From assembly GCA_030148905.1 (NCBI GenBank), contig JASBSO010000208.1:1-58665 (forward strand): DNA of 58,665 nt. The letters are read 5' to 3'. Below are positions 37,343 through 46,982 of this stretch, piece by piece. The notes under the pieces are model-generated. The model worked only from the letters and a program-made list of their open reading frames with translations. It made no database searches and was not told the DNA's origin. The stretch is from Kordiimonadaceae bacterium. GTDB taxonomy: Bacteria > Pseudomonadota > Alphaproteobacteria > Sphingomonadales > Kordiimonadaceae. Both the position numbers and the translations under genes were made by a program. The stretch's first letter is position 1. Every line of letters begins with the position of its first letter.

Positions 37343-37999
37343 TTACCGGTTGCGAGATGCGCCGCTAAGCTGCGGCAATTCGATGCCCGTGGCCCCGACA
37401 TCCGAGCTGGTTTCCGCACGCATGCGGCCCCGCAGGATGGCCTGCACGGCGGGTGCGGTTGACCGGGGGCTATCGACACCAGCAACCAGATCGCGCGGGT
37501 CGGCCACCATCAGCGCAAGACTTTGGGCATTGGAGCAGCCAAAAAACGCGCTGGTGTTGTTGCGGATACTGTTGCCCAATTCTTCGTCCCACTGCCCGCA
37601 GGTTGGGGCGGTCACAACATGGCGCTCAAGATACAGCCGCACGGTCCTCGGCCCCGGTTTGGCGCCAAGCGGGGCGTTGTCGCCCACCGGCAGGGCGCGC
37701 ACGGCAAACAGTTCGCGCACCATCGCCAGTTCGGAGACGCTGACATTGTCGCCCGGGTCGAGGAAAAACCGGTCGCCGTAGCGTGCCTCAGATTCGACCA
37801 AAAAGGCGACAAGGCTTTTCGCGGCGTCGTCCGAAAGCATTGCCTCTCCGGCGCCCGCCAGCGAGATATCATGCGCCATCCGGACAACCTGCACCTGGGC
37901 GCGGATGTCGCGGTCGTGGTTGATCGGTGCGGCGATGTCGGTGCTGGAACATGCCCCCAGCACAACAACAGCAGCAAGAGATGTCAGAGCTTTGATCAT
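37343..37999 (-). CDS. cpaD: CpaD family pilus assembly lipoprotein
   Basis: 218 aa. Lipobox VLGAC. Positioned between cpaC and cpaE. Confidence 0.75.
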   Translation of the reverse strand: MIKALTSLAAVVVLGACSSTDIAAPINHDRDIRAQVQVVRMAHDISLAGAGEAMLSDDAAKSLVAFLVESEARYGDRFFLDPGDNVSVSELAMVRELFAVRALPVGDNAPLGAKPGPRTVRLYLERHVVTAPTCGQWDEELGNSIRNNTSAFFGCSNAQSLALMVADPRDLVAGVDSPRSTAPAVQAILRGRMRAETSSDVGATGIELPQLSGASRNR

Positions 38000-38013
38000 G
38001 GGTCTGTCCTTTC

Positions 38014-39441
38014 TCAGCGCAGGCGGAAGCCGGCCCGGTTTTTCAGGCTGGGGCCGCTATGCTGGTCACCGCTGGAGATGGTTTGCGGGCCGCGGGGCTC
38101 CCAGATCTTGCCGTGCAGGATGCGGCTCAAGTCATCGGTGGCGACAAAATTGTCGGTGGGGACCGCCAGCTGGCGCCCGCCCACGGGGCGGACCAGATAC
38201 GGGGTGACGACGATCAGCAGCTCGGTCTCGTTGCGCTGAAAATCATCGGAACTAAACAGCGCGCCAAGGATCGGGATATTGCCCAAAAACGGGAACTGCC
38301 GCGCCGTTTGGTTCAACTCGTTCTGCAACAGGCCGGCAATGGCAAAGCTTTGCCCGCTGCCCAGTTCAACCGTGGTCTCGGCGCGCCGGGTGACAATGGC
38401 CGGGACCGAAATTTCGGCAATGGTGATCGCGCCGACATTGCTGAGGTCGGACACTTCGGGCCGTACGCGCATGCTGATCCGCCCCGAATCGAGGACAACG
38501 GGGGTGAATTCAAGCGATACACCAAATTCACGGAACTCGATGCCCAACCCGTCGCGGCTGGGGATCGGGATGGGAAACTCACCGCCTGCCAGAAAATGCG
38601 CCGATTCGCCCGACAATGCGGTCAAATTGGGCTCGGCCAGCAATGTGATGAAGCCATTTTCATCCAGCGCATCGATAGCATAGTTGATGTCGGTCGTGCC
38701 GGTTTGCAGCGCGCCGGCAATGGCAAAGCCGGTGGGCGAGGTTTCAAACAGACGGAAAATCTGGTCGGGGATGCCCTCGATCTGACCGAGATTGGCGACA
38801 TCGCGGCCCTGCAGCGGGCCGATGGTGAAATCGGTGCCGCCAAAGCCTTCAAAATTGAAGCCAAATTCCTTGGTAATCTGCCGCGACACTTCGGCGATCC
38901 GGACGCGCAGATTGACCTGCGTCGGCTGCATCACCGCCAGGCGGTTGACGATTTCCGACTGCGGAAACAGCGTGGTTGCCAGATATTCTGCGGTGGCCGC
39001 TTCGTCGGGCGACTGCACTGCGCCTTGCAGTAGCAGCATGCCGCCTAGGCTCGACGCCTTGATGCGCGCATCCGGCAGTACTTCCGTCAGCGTGGAGCGC
39101 AGCTGCGACAGGTTTTGGCTGACCCGCACGCTGGTTGAAAAAATCGTCTGGTCGCGCTCATCAATGGCATAAAAGCTTGTCTCGCCCTCGCCGCGGCCAA
39201 AGACATAGACAAGGCGCGGCGATTTGACCTGAACGTCGGCCACCTCGGGGTTGGCGATAAAGACCTCTGACGCCGGGCGTTCAAGCCGGATGAGTGTGCC
39301 CTTGTTGACCGAGATTTCGAGCGTGTCCTGCTCGGCGCTGACAATCGCTGCACCCTCAGTGTAAGCAGGGGCAGGATAGGCAGGGTTAGTGTGGGCGGCG
39401 CACAAGGCAAGGCCAGCCCACAGGGCAAAAGTGCGGGTCAT
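38014..39441 (-). CDS. cpaC: CpaC/RcpA outer-membrane secretin
   Basis: 475 aa. Signal peptide and a secretin C-domain (LLIVVTPYLV). Confidence 0.9.
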   Translation of the reverse strand: MTRTFALWAGLALCAAHTNPAYPAPAYTEGAAIVSAEQDTLEISVNKGTLIRLERPASEVFIANPEVADVQVKSPRLVYVFGRGEGETSFYAIDERDQTIFSTSVRVSQNLSQLRSTLTEVLPDARIKASSLGGMLLLQGAVQSPDEAATAEYLATTLFPQSEIVNRLAVMQPTQVNLRVRIAEVSRQITKEFGFNFEGFGGTDFTIGPLQGRDVANLGQIEGIPDQIFRLFETSPTGFAIAGALQTGTTDINYAIDALDENGFITLLAEPNLTALSGESAHFLAGGEFPIPIPSRDGLGIEFREFGVSLEFTPVVLDSGRISMRVRPEVSDLSNVGAITIAEISVPAIVTRRAETTVELGSGQSFAIAGLLQNELNQTARQFPFLGNIPILGALFSSDDFQRNETELLIVVTPYLVRPVGGRQLAVPTDNFVATDDLSRILHGKIWEPRGPQTISSGDQHSGPSLKNRAGFRLR

Positions 39442-40298
39442 TGGCCGTCTCCTTCGTCAAGCGGGATATCGGTAACGGTGTTGCCGCGCCGCACCCGCAC
39501 CAGATTCTCTGCCTTGGGGCGCTCGTCCGGGCGGGTGATGAATTTCGACACATCCGAATCGAAGGTATAGGTGTCGGTGCGGTCGACCGGGAATTGCTCG
39601 ATCGAGCCCGCCTGCGCCGTCAACCCGCGCAGGCTAAGCGACAATTGGCCCACCCGCTCCAGCAGTGCGATTTTCTCGGCCATGCGGGGGGTGACCTCAA
39701 GCGTGGCGGTGCGGCGCACCGCAACCTCGCGTTCGGCCGATTCGGTGCGTTGATCCACCGCCAGCACGCGTACATTCTGCAAAATCGTTTCCGACAGGGT
39801 GTTGTTGGTGCCGTCCTGCTGTTCCACCGCGTGGGTGAGGATCACGTCCACGCGGTCACCGGGGAACAGAAACCCACCGACGCTCGACACCGGGGTCAAA
39901 TTCACTGTCACCGCGCGCATGCCGGGGGCCAGCACCGCGGCCAGAAAGCCGCGCTCGCCTTGTTTGACCAGCGCTGACCGGGTAATCGGCTCGCCCGCCG
40001 TGATGGTGGCGCGCACCACACTGCCGTCATAGAGGTCTGGGCTTTCGCCCGTTTTCACATACGCCGCGTGCAGGGCGGTGTCGGGCCATTCGCGGGCTTC
40101 GGTGTCCTCTGCCGATAACAGCGTGCCAACGGGCAGGTCGCGGCTTGCCACCAGGATTTTGACCGCCGGGGCGGCGCGCTCAACCGGTTCGGCGGGTCCG
40201 CTGTGCTGCGCGGAGGACAGAAAACTGCGCGTTGCCATAACAACGCCCAGCGAAATCGCACCCGCTACCAGCATCATCACTATCAGTCTTGGGTTCAT
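39438..40298 (-). CDS. cpaB: Flp pilus assembly protein CpaB/RcpC
   Basis: 286 aa. N-terminal TM helix and a SAF-like domain. ATGA overlap with cpaC. Confidence 0.85.
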   Translation of the reverse strand: MNPRLIVMMLVAGAISLGVVMATRSFLSSAQHSGPAEPVERAAPAVKILVASRDLPVGTLLSAEDTEAREWPDTALHAAYVKTGESPDLYDGSVVRATITAGEPITRSALVKQGERGFLAAVLAPGMRAVTVNLTPVSSVGGFLFPGDRVDVILTHAVEQQDGTNNTLSETILQNVRVLAVDQRTESAEREVAVRRTATLEVTPRMAEKIALLERVGQLSLSLRGLTAQAGSIEQFPVDRTDTYTFDSDVSKFITRPDERPKAENLVRVRRGNTVTDIPLDEGDGQ

Positions 40299-40349
40299 AT
40301 GACCCTCCCATCTGTGCGCGGATGGTGATCCGCGCCTTCAAAAGCCGTG

Positions 40350-40838
40350 TCAGGCGGCCAGCGCCACCCACGGCCCGGCGCAGAGCGGAAGCCCTGCCAT
40401 GCCGATCGCAATGCCGTAGGGCACGCGCTGGTCTTTCAGCGCGCCCATGCGGCAGCCGATTATGACGGCGAGCGCCAAAAGCCCGCCCGTTAGTCCCATG
40501 ATGATCAAAACGGCCAAAATGGCCTCGGCCCCGGCAAACAGCGCCAGCGCCGAGAGTAATTTCACGTCGCCGCCACCCAGCGCGCCGCGCGCAAACAGCA
40601 TCGCCGTTACGGCAAATACCACAGCGGCGGTGAGCGCCGGGCTGAGGAGCGCCGCCCACAGACCCGCGCCCGCAATCAGGCGCGCGGCGGTCAACACGCC
40701 CCAGATGCCTACAAGCGCAGTGGGAAGAACGTTAGGGATGCGCCGTTCGCGCAAATCCGTCAGGCCCGACAGGACAAGAATGCCCGCAACCGGCAAGGCG
40801 GCGATGGCTTCCATCCATATCTGCGTGTGTGTGGTCAT
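40350..40838 (-). CDS. cpaA: A24 family prepilin peptidase CpaA/TadV
   Basis: 162-aa polytopic protein with conserved Asp residues (DLRERRIPN, GGGDVKLL). Confidence 0.85.
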   Translation of the reverse strand: MTTHTQIWMEAIAALPVAGILVLSGLTDLRERRIPNVLPTALVGIWGVLTAARLIAGAGLWAALLSPALTAAVVFAVTAMLFARGALGGGDVKLLSALALFAGAEAILAVLIIMGLTGGLLALAVIIGCRMGALKDQRVPYGIAIGMAGLPLCAGPWVALAA

Positions 40839-40890
40839 GTTCCGTGGTCCGATCCGGCGATCAAAGAGGCTGAAACTTATGGGGGGCCAC

Positions 40891-40922
40891 CGATCAATGT
40901 GTCGGCAGCCCCCGCATATGGA
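40891..40922 (-). terminator. imperfect stem-loop between flp and cpaA (possible attenuator)
   Basis: Minus strand: gggggctgccga cacattga tcggtggccccc. 10 of 12 positions pair. No strong T-run follows. Confidence 0.35.
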
Positions 40923-40957
40923 GCGAAGAGCTCCCTAGCCCATTTGGGCGAGACCCT

Positions 40958-41140
40958 TTAAGTCGTCGGCGTCGCCGTGGTCACCTGACCCGAAAGGCCT
41001 GTAAACAGCGCGGCGAGGTCGGTTCCGAACTGGCCGAGGGCGATGATCAGCGCCACAGCGACGAGAGCCGCAATCAGGCCGTATTCGATGGCGGTTGCAC
41101 CGTCATCATTTTTGCGAAGCTTGGTCAGAAATTTAGTCAT
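40958..41140 (-). CDS. flp: Flp family type IVb pilin
   Basis: 60 aa. Flp motif DDG/ATAIEYGLIAALVAV. Confidence 0.95.
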   Translation of the reverse strand: MTKFLTKLRKNDDGATAIEYGLIAALVAVALIIALGQFGTDLAALFTGLSGQVTTATPTT

Positions 41141-41295
41141 GGTTTGTCTCCAGCTGCCAAGTTGAGATGCAGTTAGGTATCATCGATTAATATGAATGAA
41201 AAGTAAAAAAATGCAGAAATATCAATTATTTAGAAGATTTATTTGAATTAAAATTTAAATAATTAAGTATTCAATTTGGATAAAATTTAAATCAA
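41141..41295 (-). promoter_or_regulatory. extremely AT-rich flp promoter region with a 12-bp direct repeat
   Basis: TAAAATTTAAAT occurs at 41249-41260 and 41281-41292, 32 bp apart. The region lies between the tadE-like stop and the flp start. Confidence 0.5.
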
Positions 41296-41853
41296 TCAGT
41301 CTATATTTTGAAGACTTCCAAGACGAGGGCGAAAATACGATGTTTTTACAATGACTTGCTGATCAATCACATCAAAGGTCAGCGGTTCGTAATTGTAGAA
41401 AAATTCCGCCATGATGATGGTTTCATTATCAAGGATGCTCAGCCCGGCGGGCAGCGAGATCGTCTGCCCCTCGGCGCCCACCTGGCTTGCGGCACTGAAA
41501 CTGCCGCCGCCGGCGCGCTGCCAGACGATTCGCGGGTCTTCATTTTCGGCCTTTGAGATGGCTGAGACGATGATTCGGCTGGTATCGCCCACAGGAAGCG
41601 GGTCCATGATCGAGGGGATGGCTTCAAAGATATCGAGAAGCGTGGCTTCGCTCAGTTCGTCATCGCGGGTGGCAAGGTCGGCCACCGCCACGGCGGCGTG
41701 CTGCGCCTTGAGGTTTAGCAACAGATAATTGCCCAATTCGACCGTGCCTGCCAGTAGACCCAGAAACATCGGCGCAGCCAGCGCCAATTCGGTCACCGCA
41801 GAGCCGCGCTCGCAGCGTTTCAGCCGGGCGAGGAGGCGCTTAAAACGGCTCAT
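41296..41853 (-). CDS. TadE/TadF-like pseudopilin
   Basis: Start at MSRFKRLL (ATG at 41853). The GSAVTELALAAPMFLGLL TadE-type N-terminus follows. The 317-aa ORF in the track is an artefactual extension. Confidence 0.8.
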   Translation of the reverse strand: MSRFKRLLARLKRCERGSAVTELALAAPMFLGLLAGTVELGNYLLLNLKAQHAAVAVADLATRDDELSEATLLDIFEAIPSIMDPLPVGDTSRIIVSAISKAENEDPRIVWQRAGGGSFSAASQVGAEGQTISLPAGLSILDNETIIMAEFFYNYEPLTFDVIDQQVIVKTSYFRPRLGSLQNID

Positions 41854-42397
41854 TGCGCACCGCCACGGTTGCCGTGACCGGAAAAATGGTTGTGGCCCAG
41901 TCAAACAGGCCGCTGAGGCTCGGCGCGTTGTAGCGTACCTGATACAGCACAATATCCCCCGGCCCGCCGAGGCCCGCGACTGACAAGTCATCGTCCCAGT
42001 TGCCATTGCCGTTGACGTCGGTAAAGGCCTCGCCCGCTTCCCATGTGCCCGAGCCATTGCTGTCGACAAAGGGTTCGGTTTCGCCGATATCGGCAAATTG
42101 CTCGAACACCTGCGTGGTGATCTCGAGGTCCTCCTCGGGGATGCGCCCGGCGGTTTCTTCCAAGATGATGGCGCGCACCTGATCGGCGCGCGGGGTGGCG
42201 CTGCCGTCGCTGCCGGTGATGCCAAAGCGGCTGGCCCGCAGCACGGCATTTTCCAGGCTGCCCGCCAGAATATAAAAATTGCCCAATTCCAGCACCCCGA
42301 GAAACAGCGACAGAAACAGCGGCACGGTCAGGGCGAATTCGGTCGTCAGATTGCCGTCATCATTGCGGCGCAGCGATGCAGTTGCGGCGCGCATCAC
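41840..42397 (-). CDS. TadE-like pseudopilin
   Basis: 185 aa. DDGNLTTEFALTVPLFLSLFLG TadE-type N-terminus. Confidence 0.8.
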   Translation of the reverse strand: MMRAATASLRRNDDGNLTTEFALTVPLFLSLFLGVLELGNFYILAGSLENAVLRASRFGITGSDGSATPRADQVRAIILEETAGRIPEEDLEITTQVFEQFADIGETEPFVDSNGSGTWEAGEAFTDVNGNGNWDDDLSVAGLGGPGDIVLYQVRYNAPSLSGLFDWATTIFPVTATVAVRNEPF

Positions 42398-43872
42398 CCG
42401 GACAGCCTCAAATTGCTGAGCTGGCGGCCAATGGTGTCGAACGCATCGTCGAGGTCCGACCCCGACGGCGCGTGGAAATAAAAGCTCGAATTGGTGGCGC
42501 AGCCCCGGTACAGCGCCTGCGTCGTGGCATTGGGGGTGGAGCCAAAGGTGATCGAATAAATGATGATCCCCTGGTCCTTCATGCGATTACACAGCGTGGC
42601 AAAGCGGCTGTTGATTTCGGCAAGCGCATTGGCGTTTGACCCGGCAAAATCATTGGCGCGGCCATAGCCCGTATGGTCCGAGCCCGCAGGACCGCCGCCT
42701 TCAAAGTCGAAAAACTGGTTTTGCCCGTCGGTCAGTACCACCACGACCTTGTCCATAATCTCGTCGCCGTAATCGACCGGGTTGGCCGCTGGGGTCGCCC
42801 CGCCATACAGCCCGCGCCAGCGCGGCGACAGCAGCCGCCACCCCCAGGCCATGCCAATGGCGCTGGCGGTGCCGCCGCGCCGCCACGGCTGCAGCGACTG
42901 AATTTTGGTGGTGACAGTTGTGCGCTCGGCCACTAGCGGCAAAATCGGCGACGGGCAGCCGATATTGGGCCCCGTGCCCGAATTGGGGTAGCCTGGGTCT
43001 TCGTCGATATCATAGGTCCACTCACCCGGGCCGTCGCCGTCGCGCCAGTCATTGTCGCTGGCGTCGGGATATTGATAGGGCGCAAAGGGGGCGATGCCTG
43101 GTGGGTCATCGGTGGTGTCGCGGCCGCCCGTGCGGGCGTTAACGCAGCCGTCCCAGCCAAGCGTCTCGGGCCCGTAATTGAAAAATTCGTCATTGTCGTC
43201 GTCAAGCGCGATGAAATCCCGCCCGGCGTCCGACAGCCATGCGTCACGGTCGGGGCTGATATTGACGGTGGTGGTATAGGGCACCACACCCACAAACAGG
43301 TTGGGGTTGGTTTCCTCGTCGCCGTAGACGATGTTGATCATGTTGGTGGCGGCTGAGCGCAGGTCAATGATGCGCTGTCCGGCCATCGACCCGGTAACGT
43401 CGGCGACCAGCACCAGCTCCATCCCGCGGGTTTCGCGGGTCACCTCGGTGTTGGCGCTGATGGAAAACTCATCAAAGCCGAAAAGCCGCATGAAGGTTGG
43501 CTCCACCGTGGCGGTGGCGGTCAGCGTGATCAGCCGGTTTTCGTTGCTGATGGCGACCTGTAATTCCCCCGCGCTGGCAACATCACCGGCGGCGAGAAAA
43601 TTGGCATCGAAAAATTTTTGCGCGTCGGTCTGCAAATTGTCGAGGTCGGCGGCATTGCCGGCGGCCAGTCCGGCGGCGTCAAGCGAGCGCTGCAGGACAT
43701 CCTGCACATAATAAATCCGCGCCCCGTCCACCGCGACGCCGGTTGTGCCCAACAGCATGGTGATCGAGCCTGCAATGGTGGGCAGCATGCTGCCACGCTG
43801 GTCGACCCACAGCGCACATAGCGACGCGCGCCACTGGCGCAAGGGGGTCAGATATGCCGTCAATCTTCGCAT
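42394..43872 (-). CDS. TadG-like pilus protein with von Willebrand factor A domain
   Basis: 492 aa. N-terminal TM/TadG segment (GSMLPTIAGSITMLLG) and vWA-type LVADVTGSM plus VVVLTDG motifs. Confidence 0.8.
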   Translation of the reverse strand: MRRLTAYLTPLRQWRASLCALWVDQRGSMLPTIAGSITMLLGTTGVAVDGARIYYVQDVLQRSLDAAGLAAGNAADLDNLQTDAQKFFDANFLAAGDVASAGELQVAISNENRLITLTATATVEPTFMRLFGFDEFSISANTEVTRETRGMELVLVADVTGSMAGQRIIDLRSAATNMINIVYGDEETNPNLFVGVVPYTTTVNISPDRDAWLSDAGRDFIALDDDNDEFFNYGPETLGWDGCVNARTGGRDTTDDPPGIAPFAPYQYPDASDNDWRDGDGPGEWTYDIDEDPGYPNSGTGPNIGCPSPILPLVAERTTVTTKIQSLQPWRRGGTASAIGMAWGWRLLSPRWRGLYGGATPAANPVDYGDEIMDKVVVVLTDGQNQFFDFEGGGPAGSDHTGYGRANDFAGSNANALAEINSRFATLCNRMKDQGIIIYSITFGSTPNATTQALYRGCATNSSFYFHAPSGSDLDDAFDTIGRQLSNLRLSG

Positions 43873-44012
43873 TGCTTATCACTCACAATCCGAGCAAGGT
43901 GTCGCCAACGCGGTTGTCGCGTGGGCGGCGTGTAAGGTGCTGCAAGCTGGCGGCTGGGCTCAAGTTTCGGAAAAAATGCAGATAAAATTTTATTTGCTAC
44001 GGAGGTGAAACA

Positions 44013-44990
44013 ATGCCGCATCAGGCGCTGACAACACTCATGCAAGCGGCAAAGGCCAACCGCTTGACCGCGCCAAAGGACGGCGAGTTTTCAACCTTTG
44101 CCGCCCGTGACGGTGTGCCCATTCGCTATGGGGTGTTTGGGCTCAGCGCGGCGCGCGAAGCGGGGCGCGGCACGGTGATGTTTGTGCCGGGGCGCAGCGA
44201 ATTTGCCGAAAAATTTTTTGAGGATATGCACATCTTTGTCGGCCTTGGATTCGCCGCCGGTGCCATGGATTTGCGCGGGCAGGGTCTGTCATACCGCGAG
44301 GTCGAAGACCGCGACAAACATGTGGTCTCCTCCTTCGATGATTATGTCGGCGACCTTGACCAGCTGATTACCGAACTTGAGGCCGCCGGTGCACCGCGAC
44401 CCTATATCTTGATGGGCCATTCGGCGGGTAGCCATGCCATCTTCCGATTTTTGCATGCGCACCCCGGGCGGGTTGAGCGCGCCATCACCGTGGCGCCGAT
44501 GATCGACATCAACAGCGGCAATGTGCCGCGCTGGATCACCAACCGGTTGCCCAAACTGATGCGGCTTTTGGCACGCGGGCACCGCTATGTCCCGGGGCAT
44601 GGCCCATATACCGCCGAGCCGGTTGGCTGGCAAAACAAGCTGACCCACGACACGGAGCGCTGGCAGGACGAACATCATCTGATCGCCGAAAACCCCGATC
44701 TGCGTTGCGGCGGGGCGACCTTCACTTGGATTGCGGCGGCGCTTGGGTCGATCGCGCGGCTGCGCGCCCCCGGCTTTGCCGAGGCGATCAAAACCCCTGT
44801 GCTGATGCTGCAGGCGGGCGACGAACAGATCGTTGATAATGCCGCCAGCAGCGCCTTTGCCGCGCGCCTAACCAACTGCCGGTTGGAGGTGATCGACGGC
44901 GCCGCGCACGAAATTTTAAAGGAAACTGACGCGCGCCGCGCCGAGCTGTGGGCACATATATGCGACTGGCTGAGCTTAAGCGCTGAGTAA
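44013..44990 (+). CDS. alpha/beta hydrolase (lysophospholipase-like)
   Basis: 325 aa. GHSAGS nucleophile elbow. Confidence 0.8.
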   Translation: MPHQALTTLMQAAKANRLTAPKDGEFSTFAARDGVPIRYGVFGLSAAREAGRGTVMFVPGRSEFAEKFFEDMHIFVGLGFAAGAMDLRGQGLSYREVEDRDKHVVSSFDDYVGDLDQLITELEAAGAPRPYILMGHSAGSHAIFRFLHAHPGRVERAITVAPMIDINSGNVPRWITNRLPKLMRLLARGHRYVPGHGPYTAEPVGWQNKLTHDTERWQDEHHLIAENPDLRCGGATFTWIAAALGSIARLRAPGFAEAIKTPVLMLQAGDEQIVDNAASSAFAARLTNCRLEVIDGAAHEILKETDARRAELWAHICDWLSLSAE

Positions 44991-45758
44991 ATCGATAGCC
45001 TCGTCCAATAGCGCAGGGTTGCCAAGCGCGAGGATCTGGTCTTCGCCCGATGCCGGGTGTCCGGACCAGTCGGTTGCGCTGCCGCCCGCGCCGCGTACCA
45101 CCGGGATCAGCGCCAGCATGTCGTGCGTTTTCAGGCCCGATTCGATCACCAGGTCAATATGCCCCGACGCCAGAACGGCATAGGCATAACAGTCAAAGCC
45201 GTAGCGCACCAAGCGGCAGGTTTCGGCCAGCCGGTCATAGCGGGGGCGTTCACCCGCCTGAAACAGCGCGGGGTCGGTGGTCATCGCAATCGCACCGGAG
45301 AGGCTGTCCAGCGGCCGGGTTTGCACCGGTTTGCCGTTGAGCGTGGTGCCGTCGGGCGCGCCGATATAGCGCTCGCCCAGATAGGGTTGGTCGATCATGC
45401 CCAAGATGGGGTCGTCTTCGTAAAGAAGCGCGACCAAGGTGCCCCAGCTTGGCAGACCGGCGATGTAGGCACGGGTACCGTCGATCGGGTCCAGCGACCA
45501 GCGAAACGGTCCGTTTGCGGGCTTTTGGGCAAATTCTTCGCCGTCAATGCCGTGGTCGGGGAAATGCTCTTCGATCAGGGCGCGAATGGCGCGCTCGGCA
45601 TTGCGGTCCGCAACGGTGACCGGGTCAAAGCCGGCGTCAAGCTTGTTGTCGATATCGGGCTGTTGGCGAAAATATTTCAGGCTTTCTTTTGCTGCGGCAT
45701 CGCCGAGTACCGGCAGGAACGCGCGCAGGTCATCCAACAGTCCAGAATCAATGGGCAT
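44976..45758 (-). CDS. inositol monophosphatase family protein (HisN-type histidinol-phosphatase candidate)
   Basis: WSLDPIDGT and the surrounding IMPase motifs. ATG at 45758; the alternative is a GTG at 45794. Confidence 0.8.
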   Translation of the reverse strand: MPIDSGLLDDLRAFLPVLGDAAAKESLKYFRQQPDIDNKLDAGFDPVTVADRNAERAIRALIEEHFPDHGIDGEEFAQKPANGPFRWSLDPIDGTRAYIAGLPSWGTLVALLYEDDPILGMIDQPYLGERYIGAPDGTTLNGKPVQTRPLDSLSGAIAMTTDPALFQAGERPRYDRLAETCRLVRYGFDCYAYAVLASGHIDLVIESGLKTHDMLALIPVVRGAGGSATDWSGHPASGEDQILALGNPALLDEAIDLLSA

Positions 45759-45848
45759 ATGGGGCTGGCCTTTCATCAAAGTCTTGCGTGACACAGGCTA
45801 TAAACCACATAACAGAGCGCGAATAGCCGCGTTGGAGGGTTTTATTTC

Positions 45849-46982
45849 GTGATGGTCGATTTTTTGATTGTGGGCGGCGGAATCGCCGGGGCCGGGCTCG
45901 CCTATTTTTTGGCGCCTTACGGCCAGACCATGCTTTTGGAAAAAGAAGATCAGCTTGCCTATCATACCACGGGTCGCAGTGCCGCATTTTACGCGGAAAC
46001 TTACGGTGGGCCTGCGGTGCAGCCACTGACCACCGCGTCAAAGGCGTTTTTGCGCGCACCCGACGCGCGCTATTTCGACCATCCCATACTGACCGACCGC
46101 GGTGCCGTGCATGTGTTCACACCCGCGCAAGAGGCCCAGGCACGCACAACATTTCAGGCCTTGCACGCGGCCTTACCGTCGGTCCGGTGGCTCGACGCGG
46201 ACGCGCTCAGAGCCCGCGTGCCCTATATCGGGGCGCAGTTTTCTGGCGGTATCGATGATCCCGAATGCGGCGATTTGGACGTGGCGGCGCTGCATCAGGG
46301 CTTTGTGCGCGGCTGCCGGGCCCAAGGCGGGGTGATCGAACGCGGCTGCGCGTTTCGTTCGGCAGAGCGGCGCGGCGGTCGGTGGCATGTGATCACAGAA
46401 ACGGGGCAGATTGAGGCGAAAGTCATCATCAATGCCGCAGGGGCATGGGCTGATATGGTGGCAGAATCTAGCGGTGTGCCGGGTCTGAATATTCAGCCCT
46501 ATCGCCGCACGCTGGCGACCTGCGCAAAAGTACAGGGGTTAGAGGCAGACCCGCACGGGCCTGTTGTGCTGGACGTTGAGGAGGCGTTTTATTTCAAGCC
46601 CGAGGGCGACGGCTTTTTGATGAGCCCGGCCGATCAGACCAAAGACACGCCGCGCGACGCGCATGCCGACGATCTTGATGTGGCTTATGCGGTAGACGCC
46701 TTTGAAAAGGCAACAGGCCGCCGCGTTGACCGGGTGACAGCCAGCTGGGCGGGGCTGCGCAGTTTTGCCCCCGACCGACAGCCGGTCATCGGTTTTGACG
46801 TGCATGTGCCGGGGTTTTTCTGGTCCGCAGGCCAGGGCGGATGGGGCATCCAGACCGCACCCGCCTGGTCAGCGCTTGCGGCATCTCTTGTCACCGGACG
46901 GCCCCCAGTTGAGGGCGATATTGATCTCGGTGGCATTGACGCGCAGGCGTTCAGTCCGGCACGGTTCAATAGCGGCGGCTGA
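45849..46982 (+). CDS. FAD-dependent oxidoreductase (DAO family)
   Basis: 377 aa. N-terminal dinucleotide-binding motif IVGGGIAGAG. Confidence 0.85.
   Translation: MMVDFLIVGGGIAGAGLAYFLAPYGQTMLLEKEDQLAYHTTGRSAAFYAETYGGPAVQPLTTASKAFLRAPDARYFDHPILTDRGAVHVFTPAQEAQARTTFQALHAALPSVRWLDADALRARVPYIGAQFSGGIDDPECGDLDVAALHQGFVRGCRAQGGVIERGCAFRSAERRGGRWHVITETGQIEAKVIINAAGAWADMVAESSGVPGLNIQPYRRTLATCAKVQGLEADPHGPVVLDVEEAFYFKPEGDGFLMSPADQTKDTPRDAHADDLDVAYAVDAFEKATGRRVDRVTASWAGLRSFAPDRQPVIGFDVHVPGFFWSAGQGGWGIQTAPAWSALAASLVTGRPPVEGDIDLGGIDAQAFSPARFNSGG

Noticed and set aside
41854-42249. 132-aa N-terminal extension of ORF 41296-42249.
   Set aside because: It overlaps the upstream TadE-like gene in another frame. 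The TadE-type leader and hydrophobic segment begins at the Met at 41853.
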